Assembly (NCBI RefSeq): GCF_001194135.2
Contig: NC_068986.1
Location: 86,170,988 to 86,234,987 of the forward strand
Direction of reading: 5' to 3'
DNA length: 64,000 nt
From: Octopus bimaculoides
Lineage: Eukaryota
In this document: one piece after another, positions 13,188 to 24,697 of the stretch
Position numbering within the stretch: position 1 is the first letter of the stretch
How the letters are laid out: every line of letters starts with the position of its first letter
Translations under genes and position numbers: made by a program
The notes under the pieces: model-generated
What the model was told of the DNA's origin: nothing
Databases searched by the model: none
Seen by the model: the letters and a program-made list of their open reading frames with translations, nothing else

Positions 13188-13602
13188 GCAGCCGTGGCTG
13201 TGTGGTAAGAAGCTCGCTTCCCAACCACATGGTTCCGGGTTCATTCCCACTATTTGGCACCTTGAGTAAGTGTCTTCTACTATAGCCTCGGGCCAACAAA
13301 GCCTTGTGAGTGAATTTGGTAGACGGAAACTGAAAGAAGCCCGTCGTATATATGTATATATATATGTGCGTGTGTGTATGTTTGTGTATATGTTTGTGTG
13401 TTTGTGTTTGTCCACCCAATATCGCTTGACAAACGATGCTGGTGTGTTTACGTCCCCGTAATCTAGCGGTTCGGCAAAAGGGACCGATAGAATAAGTACT
13501 ATGCTTCCAAAGAATAAGTCCTGGGGTCGATTTGCTCGACTAAAAGTGGTGCTCTAGCGTGGCCGCAGTCAAACAACTGGAACAAGTAAAAGAGTAAAAG
13601 AA
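13188..13602 (+). mobile_element. SINE family A, full length, well preserved
   Basis: GTGGCTGTGTGGTAAG A-box-like head, GGTTCATTCCC B-box-like motif, GGCACCTTGAGTAAGTGTCTTCTACTATAGCC, AGTAAAAGAGTAAAAGA tail. Confidence 0.93.
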
Positions 13603-13661
13603 TATATATATAGGTATTTACAGTGCCAACGTACAAAAGCCTCGGACTTTGTTTCACTCTG

Positions 13662-13868
13662 TGACTATACGCTCGCACATGCGTTCACCGGCGGTCGTAC
13701 ATCAAATACAAACTAATACCTATAATTCCTTCTCTTTTTGCCTTTTAATTCTCGATGTCCCGTTTGCTTCCATCCCACGCCCCGCCCACCGTTATTCTCT
13801 CGGACCCTTCTACGCTGCATTTGACGCGCAATATCACCATTTTGCTACTCTGTGCGCTCTACAGTTTA
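13662..13868 (+). repeat. Unclassified ~210-bp dispersed repeat, copy 1
   Basis: Reverse complement aligns to 22691-22902 (GGCGGTCGTACATCAAATACAAACTAA...CCTTTTAATTCTCGA). Confidence 0.8.
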
Positions 13869-14227
13869 ATACAAACCAGATGATGCTCCAGCATGATCGC
13901 AGTCAGATGACTGAAACAAGTAAAAGTATAAAAGAATATTACTTCTAATAAATACATATACATNNNNNNNNNNNNNNNNNNNNNNNNNNNNNNNNNNNNN
14001 NNNNNNNNNNNNNNNNNNNNNNNNNNNNNNNNNNNNNNNNNNNNNNNNNNNNNNNNNNNNNNNNNNNNNNNNNNNNNNNNNNNNNNNNNNNNNNNNNNNN
14101 NNNNNNNNNNNNNNNNNNNNNNNNNNNNNNNNNNNNNNNNNNNNNNNNNNNNNNNNNNNNNNNNNNNNNNNNNNNNNNNNNNNNNNNNNNNNNNNNNNNN
14201 NNNNNNNNNNNNNNNNNNNNNNNNNNN

Positions 14228-14266
<39 letters not shown>

Positions 14267-15599
14267 AGGGCGGCGGGATTCTTTTAGTTTCTGCCCAGAA
14301 AATTTACTCAGAAGGCTTTGAATGGGGCTAGACAACAGTAGAATATAGTTGTTGGACATAGCGCCATGTAGTGGCACTCTGAGCAACTGTTTTCTACTGC
14401 GGCAGTGTTCGAAGCCATTTTCACATCATGGTGGAAGGCTAGGCTGTTTAATTTGAGTTATCTCCCAGCCATAATCTAGTTGATGTTTATGATCTTTTTT
14501 AAATGCTCGTGTTTTCGTATAGGAAATTACCATTTTGTATCATTGACAAAAAAAAAAAAGGTTAAACATTCATAATCGATTTTTAAACCTTACTTGGCTG
14601 TCATTAGAGGTGTCGTACATCATTTGACAAACTCAGAGATATATGATCTAATCTGGTTACACACTCAACAAATCTATAGCTACAGATCACTGAAGCTACT
14701 AACTTGCATCAGATAAATGTTTAACACCTTACTTGAAATATGGGAGTGTGAATGTGTGTGTATGTGTGTATGTGTGTGTGTTTGTGAATGTGTGAGTATG
14801 TGCGCATGTATTATTTGAAGTTGTTACTCTACGCCGAAACTACAATGATTCTGCATCCTGTGGCTGAAGACACGCAATCTGTCTAGCTGTACCGCTTTCT
14901 TAATTGTTTTCTTACTTTGGTTCTGATATCACTCTCCTCCAATGCAAGTATATACATATATACACATACATTCTTAGAATCTTCTGTTTTTGTTTGCGTG
15001 TGTCTATCTCCATGTCTTCTATTATCTTCAATTCTCTTGGAAACGGTAATCTGTGATTATACTCTGACGTAGCTTCTCGAGAAATTGAGGGAATTAAAGT
15101 TGCAGACTCTCCATCTAGTTTTCTTTTACACACAACGATCCATGCTCAGAAATGTGCGTGCACGTATACTTTAGTAAAACTGACGATTGGAAGGACCTGG
15201 AAGACGAGTCGCAAGGAAAAGAATCCAGGCCAAGAAAGTAATATGCTGTAGCTCATAGACTGATAAAACCTAGGGTTCACTATTTGTCGAACCAGAGCTC
15301 AGTTTTCAAGGAATATGAAAGTAAAACCAAGCATGGAGACAAACAAGTGCAAAGAAAAGCATAAATATATAGACGTATGAATGTGTGCGCTTGCCTGTGA
15401 GTATGTGTGTGTAAAAGAGAGAGAGCAAGGGAGGGAGACAGAAGGAGAGAGAGCGTGTGCGTGTGTGTGTGAGCGCGCGTATGTGTATTCATGAGAGAAT
15501 GAAACGGTGTTTATTCCAGATTTTCCACTGAATGCAGTTGTCATTTGACAAGGAGTAACTGGTAACTGTAGAACGTATCCAATTTTAACTTGTTTCGAC

Positions 15600-16600
15600 C
15601 CCGAAACTTAACAACTCCAGCCTACATAGTGGGTCAACAGCGGAAGTCCAGTCCTTGCTTACCACCTCCACATCCTCTTCCTTCTTCTCATTCTACTCAT
15701 GGTTTCCTGTTCAGATCTTTTCTCTTGTTCCATATCCAGCTGGAGGCTTTCCCTTCAGTCTAGTTCAACTACCCTGTACCCAGCTGTCTCTCATTTTCTA
15801 TCATTTCAATGAATACGAATATTCTCCATACAGAATGTTATAGGCAACCTCAGCTATCCATGTCTTACCTCTTATCAGCAATCTTTCAAACAATCTGGTA
15901 TCTGCCTCTCTTCTGCTCAAAGGCTTCGTCATACTTTTCTTCCCAGAGGACACTAAGTTAATTCTAGATGAGTTTCGATTCTTCAGATGCCAGCACAACA
16001 TTCGACCAAAGGACAGTCTCGATGATGTTTGCCCTAGTTTTACATTAATATTCCAAGAATCGACCGTTTGTAGAAGATTGGTTTATTCTTTTGGTTGATT
16101 GTTTTTCTCATCCAACTACACCGAGATCTTGATTCATGATATTCACATCCCTTGTCTTTCATGCTTCTAGTTATTAGCAAGTGTCATAAACACCTTGTCA
16201 TGAATAGTTTCTGGTAGAATTATGAGGTCATTGTACATAATGCTTTGCAATATTTAGTTACATTCTGACAAGATGTCTGCCAGGATGCTACTCTTCGTAA
16301 AATAATATATGTGGCTGATCCTCTCATGTGCTTCAAATGTGGCGATTTTTTGACACGCTCCCAGCAGCGAAAAAAAAAAAAATTAAGGTAATGTTCCCAT
16401 TGCCACGGATCCCCCCTATGTGCACTTCTTAGATAATTCCTATTTAGCCTGTCTCCTAGTTCACTAATTGTGGAGGTGATTAGATTTCCTTCTTCAACCT
16501 GATGCCGTATTTCCGTCTCGCTCATGATTTCTTTTTGGTACCCGCTTGTCCTCAGTGTTGTCAGTGGAAACATCTTTGACTTTGCCTTCCATTGTTATAC
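15600..16600 (-). mobile_element. Decayed RLE-type non-LTR retrotransposon 3' region (Hero/NeSL-like)
   Basis: Minus-strand remnants ILSEC..HDKVFMTLA (after CCHC knuckle) and WSNV..SKLI.ELT.PWEEKYDEAFEQKRGRY (restriction-like endonuclease motif); many stops and frameshifts. Confidence 0.65.
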
Positions 16601-16774
16601 CAATGACATCACGTAGCTCTATGTTTCCATTCTAAATTCAAATCTCGTTGAGGCCAGCGTAACCATTTATTTATTATGGCTGGTTAGAATAGAATACCGT
16701 CTATGTACTGGAGAACAGGATATTAACTAACTCATTTGATTTCAAATTGCTGGCCCTAGATCTAAAACATCACT

Positions 16775-16821
<47 letters not shown>

Positions 16822-16839
16822 ACAGTTTAAATGTCCTCG

Positions 16840-17115
16840 AGGTCGAATTTGCCTTTCGTCAGTTTTGACGCCCCTGAAATTGCTGGTCTTGTGCCAAAAT
16901 TTGAAACTAATATTATTATCATTATTATTATTGTTGTTGTTATTGTTGTTGTTTTTGTCCTCTTTATTAATCTACCGTGGTCGACTTAGCCATTCATCCT
17001 TTCGGGGTCGATTAGATAAGTGCCAGTTACGTACTGGGGTTGATGTAATTGATTTAATCCTTTTGTCTGTCGTTGTTTGTCCCCTCTATGTTTAGTCCCC
17101 TGTGGGCAATAAAGA
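16840..17115 (+). mobile_element. SINE family B fragments with (ATT)n tail
   Basis: GTCGACTTAGCCATTCATCCTTTCGGGGTCGATTAGATAAGTGCCAGTTACGTACTGGGG followed by (ATT)n. Confidence 0.8.
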
Positions 17116-17124
17116 CATAGATTA

Positions 17125-17185
<61 letters not shown>

Positions 17186-17205
17186 CATTATTATCATTAT
17201 CATCA

Positions 17206-17236
<31 letters not shown>

Positions 17237-18684
17237 NNNNNNNNNNNNNNNNNNNNNNNNNNNNNNNNNNNNNNNNNNNNNNNNNNNNNNNNNNNNNNNN
17301 NNNNNNNNNNNNNNNNNNNNNNNNNNNNNNNNNNNNNNNNNNNNNNNNNNNNNNNNNNNNNNNNNNNNNNNNNNNNNNNNNNNNNNNNNNNNNNNNNNNN
17401 NNNNNNNNNNNNNNNNNNNNNNNNNNNNNNNNNNNNNNNNNNNNNNNNNNNNNNNNNNNNNNNNNNNNNNNNNNNNNNNNNNNNNNNNNNNNNNNNNNNN
17501 NNNNNNNNNNNNNNNNNNNNNNNNNNNNNNNNNNNNNNNNNNNNNNNNNNNNNNNNNNNNNNNNNNNNNNNNNNNNNNNNNNNNNNNNNNNNNNNNNNNN
17601 NNNNNNNNNNNNNNNNNNNNNNNNNNNNNNNNNNNNNNNNNNNNNNNNNNNNNNNNNNNNNNNNNNNNNNNNNNNNNNNNNNNNNNNNNNNNNNNNNNNN
17701 NNNNNNNNNNNNNNNNNNNNNNNNNNNNNNNNNNNNNNNNNNNNNNNNNNNNNNNNNNNNNNNNNNNNNNNNNNNNNNNNNNNNNNNNNNNNNNNNNNNN
17801 NNNNNNNNNNNNNNNNNNNNNNNNNNNNNNNNNNNNNNNNNNNNNNNNNNNNNNNNNNNNNNNNNNNNNNNNNNNNNNNNNNNNNNNNNNNNNNNNNNNN
17901 NNNNNNNNNNNNNNNNNNNNNNNNNNNNNNNNNNNNNNNNNNNNNNNNNNNNNNNNNNNNNNNNNNNNNNNNNNNNNNNNNNNTATACATGTTTATATGT
18001 CTGCAAATTTACATGTGTATGTATACGTATATATATATATATATATATATTCTTTTATTCTTTTACTTGTTTCAGCCACTTTGACTGCGGTTATGCTATA
18101 TCCATACATGCATGCAGGCATACATACATACATACATACATACATACATACAAACATACATACATATATACATACATACATACATATGCATACACGTTCA
18201 CTTGTATTAAGTAAAGTACTGTGTGAGGATAAATTTTAAATAAGTTCCCATGTATGAGTTTGATAAGCATACATTTACCCCCATTTTGTAAATAAACCCC
18301 TTGACTTAAAGCACAGGGCTATTGCAGTAGAAAAATCTAAATAAACGCTTCACTAGTTGCACTTGATTTTTATCAGCACATCAGATGTGTTTACTTCATT
18401 TAAAAGAAAGCGGGACAGATACTGATATACTGAGAAACACCATGAGACTGATAGACAGATAAAAAGAAAAACAAAGATATATGCAGACAGTCAGTGGTTT
18501 AGAAACATTTATTTAAACGGTACGTTGAATCACCGAGAGAGCTTTTATGCATTTGCGTATCATTACATTCACTGGTAGCGTGTATTAATCAAAGTGCTGA
18601 GACAGTGAATGAATGGAATGAGTGATGGAAAGTAGCTTTAATAGCGCATATGTTTTATATAGACACCTTGGCATATGCACATAT

Positions 18685-19008
18685 GCGAGGGCGTTGCTGT
18701 GTAGTAAGAAAACTTGCTTCCCAACCAGGTGTCTTCTAATATAACCGCGGTTCGACCAAAGACTTGCGAATGTATTTAATAGACGGAAACTTAAAGAAAC
18801 CCGTCGTATGCGTGTAGATGTGTGTGTATATGTGTTCCCGTTCTTCTTCCCGACCACCGCTTCACAAGTGGAAATGGTGTGTTTACTTGCTCGTAACTTA
18901 GTGGTTCAGCAAAAGACTGATAGAATAAGTACCAAGTTTTACAAAACACAAGTTCTTCAGGGCAGTGCTCCAGCATGGCCGCAGTTTATTGAATGGAACA
19001 AGTAAAAC
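18685..19008 (+). mobile_element. SINE family A, internally deleted
   Basis: Family A head and tail; ~40 bp missing across the B-box/CORE-like junction. Confidence 0.85.
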
Positions 19009-19032
19009 ATTGAAAATTATTTATTCTATATC

Positions 19033-19244
19033 TACTCATTTACTAGTTTAAATCATATGACTGTGGCCATGCTGGAGCACCGCCTTTAGTCGAGCAAATC
19101 GACTCCAGGACTTATTCTTGGTAAGCCTAGTACTTATTCTATCGGTTTCTTTTGCCGAACCGCTAAGTTATAGGGACGTAAACACACAGCATCGGTGTTG
19201 GGGGGGGGTGCTCTTGAACAACACAGGCACTGACATAGACACCC

Positions 19245-19327
<83 letters not shown>

Positions 19328-19497
19328 CATCGATATGACGGACCTCTTTCAGTTTCCGTCTACCAAATCCACTCACAAGGCCTTGGTCGGCCCGAGGCTA
19401 TAGTAGAAGACACTTGCCCAAGGTGCCACGCAGTGGGACTGAAGCCGGAACCATGTGGTTGGTAAGCAAGCTACTTACCACACAGCCACTCCTACGC
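19033..19497 (-). mobile_element. SINE family A, full length, young
   Basis: Near-consensus reverse complement with expanded internal (TA)n. Confidence 0.95.
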
Positions 19498-20439
19498 GTA
19501 TTTGTACATTTTGCTCTTAAATGGAATTGTATTTTTAGTTTACCTGATAAATATTGTATTCCTAGTTCAAATAATAGGCGATAGTCGGTTTTTGTTCTTG
19601 CACAGGTTCTGATCCTAGCCTGTTGACATGATTTATTTTATTTCTTATATATTTTACCCTAGGCTTCTCAGCTTAAAAAAAAAAAAAGATATATAATTGG
19701 TACAAAGGATTTTAATCAATACTGAACTACACGTTAAAATATTTCACCATAAACATGACCTTCTACATGTCAATATCCCACGATGTATCTGAGTTGATCT
19801 AGATTACGAAATTTCGCTATTTTGTAAATGCTTTAATTTTCTTTTCCAGGACGGAAAAATTCTGCTTAATGGATAAATGTGTCTTATCAACATTACGATC
19901 TAGTTGGTGCAAATTTGTATCTGGAAAGTTGTACTAGTCAGCAAACAAGATCACACATAACATGTTCAAATTCCGTTTACTCTGTGACAAGATTACTATT
20001 TCATACTATATATCATATTTTACTAGTCTTAAAGCTGTGATTATCTAACAGTTGATTATCTATTTTCTGATGTAAGTAACCGATGTTCAAATCTTGTTCT
20101 CACCATTGGAAGTGTTTTGTAAATATTTTACATAACACTATTCAAAGTGTCTAAAAAGCTAATGGAAACAGGTTATAGTTTTCCCTACAAAGTCTTATAT
20201 TGCAAATGATTCAAATATGTCCATATTATACCACGGTTTAGGATGCGTCATCCAATGTGTAATTTTGATTGCGAATTCTTGTTACGGACTGAAGTACTGT
20301 TTTATTTTATTAATTTTTACTCCTTCAGATTCCATTGCGTAAAATATTCAGGTTAATGTATTCCATATCAATGTACCTAATTCAGCTAGTTATTTATATG
20401 TTATTATTTTATTGGTTAGCATAATGCACTCTTCATATA

Positions 20440-20650
20440 TCAGTTTCAAATTTAGGTAAAAGTGCAGGAATTACAAGGAAGAGAATAACTTTATTACATC
20501 GACTCCAATGCTCAACTAGTACTTAATTTATCGTCTTCGAAAGGATGACAGGCTTCATCCGAATTTGAATTCATTGCCTAAAAGGAGAGACGAAATACTG
20601 CTAATCGTTTTGCACGGCGTGCGAACGATTTTGCTAACTCGCCACCTTAC
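20440..20650 (-). mobile_element. SINE family B, degenerate
   Basis: GTACTTAATTTATCG...GAAAGGATGACAGGC...GACGAAATACTGCTAA...GGCGTGC.AACGATT..GCTAACTCGCC. Confidence 0.75.
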
Positions 20651-21049
20651 TAACTCTGTTGATATATCACAACTTGTTCGAACTCACGTCATAACATTAA
20701 ATTTGTGTCGAAATGAATTTACCTTACAAAAACATGAGACCAGTAATGAAATTAAATAAACATTGGAAAAATCCCGACTCCACCGTTGCATATTTTGGTA
20801 AACTGCATCTGAAGTAACCCCGAGCCTCCAGAAACGGCTGTCGGATTTGTTACACCATACCTCTCCTTTCTGATTTTCTGTGTGTTTGTACTCTGTGTTA
20901 GTTTGCTCTGTAAATAACTGACTATATATTTATACTTGAATATTCGCCATCTGAAAATTGTCAGCCTTTCCTTTTTCTCTCGTTACATGTATACAGGTAT
21001 ACATATAATTCTATATCTAATCCAAGCAACTTTATTTACTTTCTTGCAC

Positions 21050-21890
21050 CCCCAGGCATCTGCATAAAAAGACTACTTGATGCAAACTTCAGGCATCAGT
21101 CTGCCGATCGGTGTCAGGCAATGCAGACGTACTATCACTTGACGCGTCTTTCTTTTGCAGTGCGTCTCCCCTGTTCATCGACCTTTGCGATGGCTGAAAC
21201 GAAGGCACAGCATGCTTCCGTGAAATTATGTTTGCTGCTTAGGAAAATGGCGGTCGGAACCACTGCCATGCTTCAAACAGCTTACAAGGATGCTGACACG
21301 AGTAGAACACACGTTTACGAGTAGTTTCCATGCTTTAGGAATGGTCACTTGTCGCTTGAACATCAATTTCGTTCAAGGTGACCGTCAACCTCCCGAACGA
21401 ATGAAAATATGAAAACTCATGAACTGATCTTGGAGGACCGTCACCGAAGCATTGACGAATATCTTGATATGGCTGGTGAGTCCTGGAGTTGCTGCCAACG
21501 AATGTTGAGCAAGGTTTTGCGAATGAAAAGAGTTGCAGCAAAATTTATGACTCGCTTGTTCACAGAAGATCAAAAGCAGTCAAGACTGAATGCGTGTAGT
21601 GAACTGAAAGACCAGCTGGAAGTTGATATGGACCATTTTTCAAAGGTCATCGCTAATGGCGAAAGCTGGTGCTACGGTACTTGCAGTGAAGGAAAAAACG
21701 ACGGAGGCGTTAAAAGGCATCACTTCACAAGAGTTCCAGCACTGCTTCGAATAGTGGAAAACGCATCTGGACCGATGCATTGCTTCAAATGGAGAATGCT
21801 TTGAAGACGATAGAAGTGAAAACGTATAAAACTCAGTGAATAAAATAATATTGCGAAATTCCGGCTTCGTTTGGGTAACCTCAGGTATAT
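21050..21890 (+). mobile_element. Mariner element, internally deleted and decayed
   Basis: MAETKAQHASVKLCLLL..AMLQTAYKD..RTHVYE; MKRVAAKF.TRLFTEDQKQ; KVIANGESWCYG fused directly to C-terminal TTEALKGIT..FQHCFE*WK..LDRCIASNGECFE; right TIR-like end GGGTAACCTCAGGTA. Confidence 0.88.
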
Positions 21891-22690
21891 AATGTCCTTG
21901 AGTAATGCATTTCCTATTACGTTGCATTTGTTCAGCCGATTGCTGCAGCTGCTCCCTCTCTTCTCGCTTTATTTGAGTACGATAAACACCGATCTGTGTT
22001 GACATGGTGCTGTGTATTTTAGCTCACTTGAGCCCCAAACTGAGCTTAAATAGTTGACTGCCAACAAAAAGTTGCAGTTTTACCGATTGGAGTGGATAGA
22101 GTCATATCAATATTATATAGCTGCAACACCCTATGTTAATTCTTATACACACAAGCATGCATAGACATACAACTGATACACTCATACGCATCTACACAGA
22201 CGCGCGCACTCTCTAAAAGCGTACCATATTAAAAGGGATAACATTAAAGAAAATGACGAATAGAATTCAAGCAAATATCAATTATATCAAATAGGATTAT
22301 ATAAAAAAATATTCCAGCTTTATTGATGATATTTAGTCCCAGTTTATCACGAACTAGGAGATTTATGATCAAAGACGTTCCTATTCTGATCTTATTGTGT
22401 ATTACGATCTCGATTATTCCCTTCTGTGGAATTTGTGACAGAGTTGGCTGCTATTTCAGACATATTCAGCAATCGTGCAGAGACCTCCGCTTTGGTTCAT
22501 ATCAGCTGACGTTAGATTCTGAATTACATCATCTCTCATACTTTCTATGAATGGCTGCGTTTATTTTGTTTTGCTGCTTTTGGTGTATTTATTTTTGTTC
22601 TGTAGTTCTTTTTAATGTTTTGTTCCTTAAAGAAACGTTATTCAACAATGTCTGTGGGAAGACGAATCGGTGGAAAATGCACATTTGGTT

Positions 22691-22902
22691 TAAACTGTAG
22701 CACGCATAGAGTTGCGAAGGGGTGAGATAGAGTATCAGATGGAATGGAGGGTGAGAGTGATTAAGGGTGAACGGGATGGATGGAAGCAAACGAGACGTCG
22801 AGAATTAAAAGGCAAACAGAAAAAAGAGAAGGAATTGTAGGTGTCTGTTAGTTTGTATTTGATGTACGACCGCCTGTGGATCCATGTGCGTGCATATAGT
22901 CA
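22691..22902 (-). repeat. Unclassified ~210-bp dispersed repeat, copy 2
   Basis: Inverted homolog of 13662-13868. Confidence 0.8.
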
Positions 22903-23146
22903 GCTTTAGCACTTAGACACAAACACTATCACACAAAATTATGCATATACACATGCTCACACACACAGAGACACACAGAAATATGTTTGTGACTGTGTGT
23001 GTGTCTGTGTGTGTATATGTGAGTAGGTAACTAGATAGGTAGTTAAGTAGATAGGTATATATATGTACACAGACGTACACTCATATATATTTATACCTGT
23101 TGTGTCTGTTAGATCATGTATATATATATATATATATATATACATA

Positions 23147-23184
<38 letters not shown>

Positions 23185-24018
23185 TCGTTGATACGGTTAC
23201 CGAGAGTACGAAAACAGTTAAAACAGAAAGACAAAAGGACTTGGAAATATGATAATTGGACGTAGAAAACTAGGACGTGCTAATAGTAGGTGCATGTGGG
23301 TGGAAAAGCTGATATAGTGGATAACGCATGAGTATATGAATATCTACGTTCATGTAGTGATCTCTGTTTATAAATGACGTGACCCACAACTATGCTATCA
23401 CATCTCTCCGTCTTTTGCGCTATTATGTCCACTGATCAGCAAACAGGCGAGAAACTTAGTTCCACAATGCAGGAACCCCTGAACCACTCCTACCTCCCCC
23501 ACGCATCACTATTGTTATATCCAACCTCCTTTGCAGCTTCACCCTAGGACCTATCCAGAACAACGGTCCTTTGCAATCATCTGCTTGCTCATGTATTATC
23601 TGCAGCGATTCACTTCCAACAGTCGAAACGTTACATCGACAGTACCAAGTACAGTAGTCTTGAAGAACCAAATACTCAAATCAATGATAAAAAAAAATTT
23701 CAAGCGTTAAAACCCCTCTCTTTTCTTATTTGCACGGGAGCCAATGTTAAATGTATATCATCAAAAATGTAGAGCGTGATTCCGAGAATTTTAGCTGCTA
23801 TTTCTAAAAGGTCGAGCAAGCATGCAGCAGCTGCCTCTTTTGGTAGGTCAACTTATTGTTGTTGTAGTTGCTGAATTTGATGTTGCTGTTGATCCTGATG
23901 TCGGTTGTTTATTCGCGAGTGTAAATAACTGCTTCTGGCGAAAACACTTCTGGTTTTGATATTTTCTTTGATATTTCTTACTTATATACATTCAAACATT
24001 CCACGAGCCACCATTTCG

Positions 24019-24094
<76 letters not shown>

Positions 24095-24394
24095 CATCAT
24101 TATTTATTATTTTCTATTTATGTTTGGTGCAGAGACTGCTGCTCCGCCCTAACTATCTAAGTTGATATGCATCAAATGGAAATTCAAATTTAGCTTCGGA
24201 AAATGGAAGGATAATGTGAATGTGAGTGTCTATCAATTCGTGTTTGGATGTGTGTATGTGTCCGTGTGTGTTTGTGAATGTATGTATATATATGTGGGTG
24301 TATGCGGGCGGTTCGTGTGCATGTGCAAAGCCAAAACTTATCTGTACATACATAAACATAATTATGACATGATTGTGTGCATATGTATGCATGT

Positions 24395-24697
24395 GGCACA
24401 TTGGGCAAGTGTCTTCTACTATAGCCTCGGGCCGACCATAGCCTTGTGAGTGGATTTGGTAGACGGAAACTGAAAGAAGCCCGTCATATATATGTATATA
24501 TATATGTGTGTGTGTATATGTTTCTATGTCTGTGTTTGTCCCCCCAACATCGTTTGACAACCGATGCTGGTGTGTTTACGTCCCCGTAACTTAGCGGTTC
24601 GGCAAAAGAAACCGATAGAATAAGTACTAGGCTTCCAAAGAATAAGTCCTGGGGTCGATTTGCTCGACTAAAGGCGGTACTCCAGCATGGCCACAGT
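24395..24697 (+). mobile_element. SINE family A, 5'-truncated, runs into gap
   Basis: GGCACATTGGGCAAGTGTCTTCTACTATAGCCTCGGGCCGACC...CCAGCATGGCCACAGT, near consensus. Confidence 0.93.

Noticed and set aside
22323-22550. Short ORF with a signal-peptide-like start and cysteines
   Set aside because: Hydrophobic short ORFs are expected in AT-rich DNA; no recognisable family or splice support.
23400-23680. Possible Penelope linker/GIY-YIG remnant (NLLCS..CSCIIC)
   Set aside because: Similarity is too weak to call.
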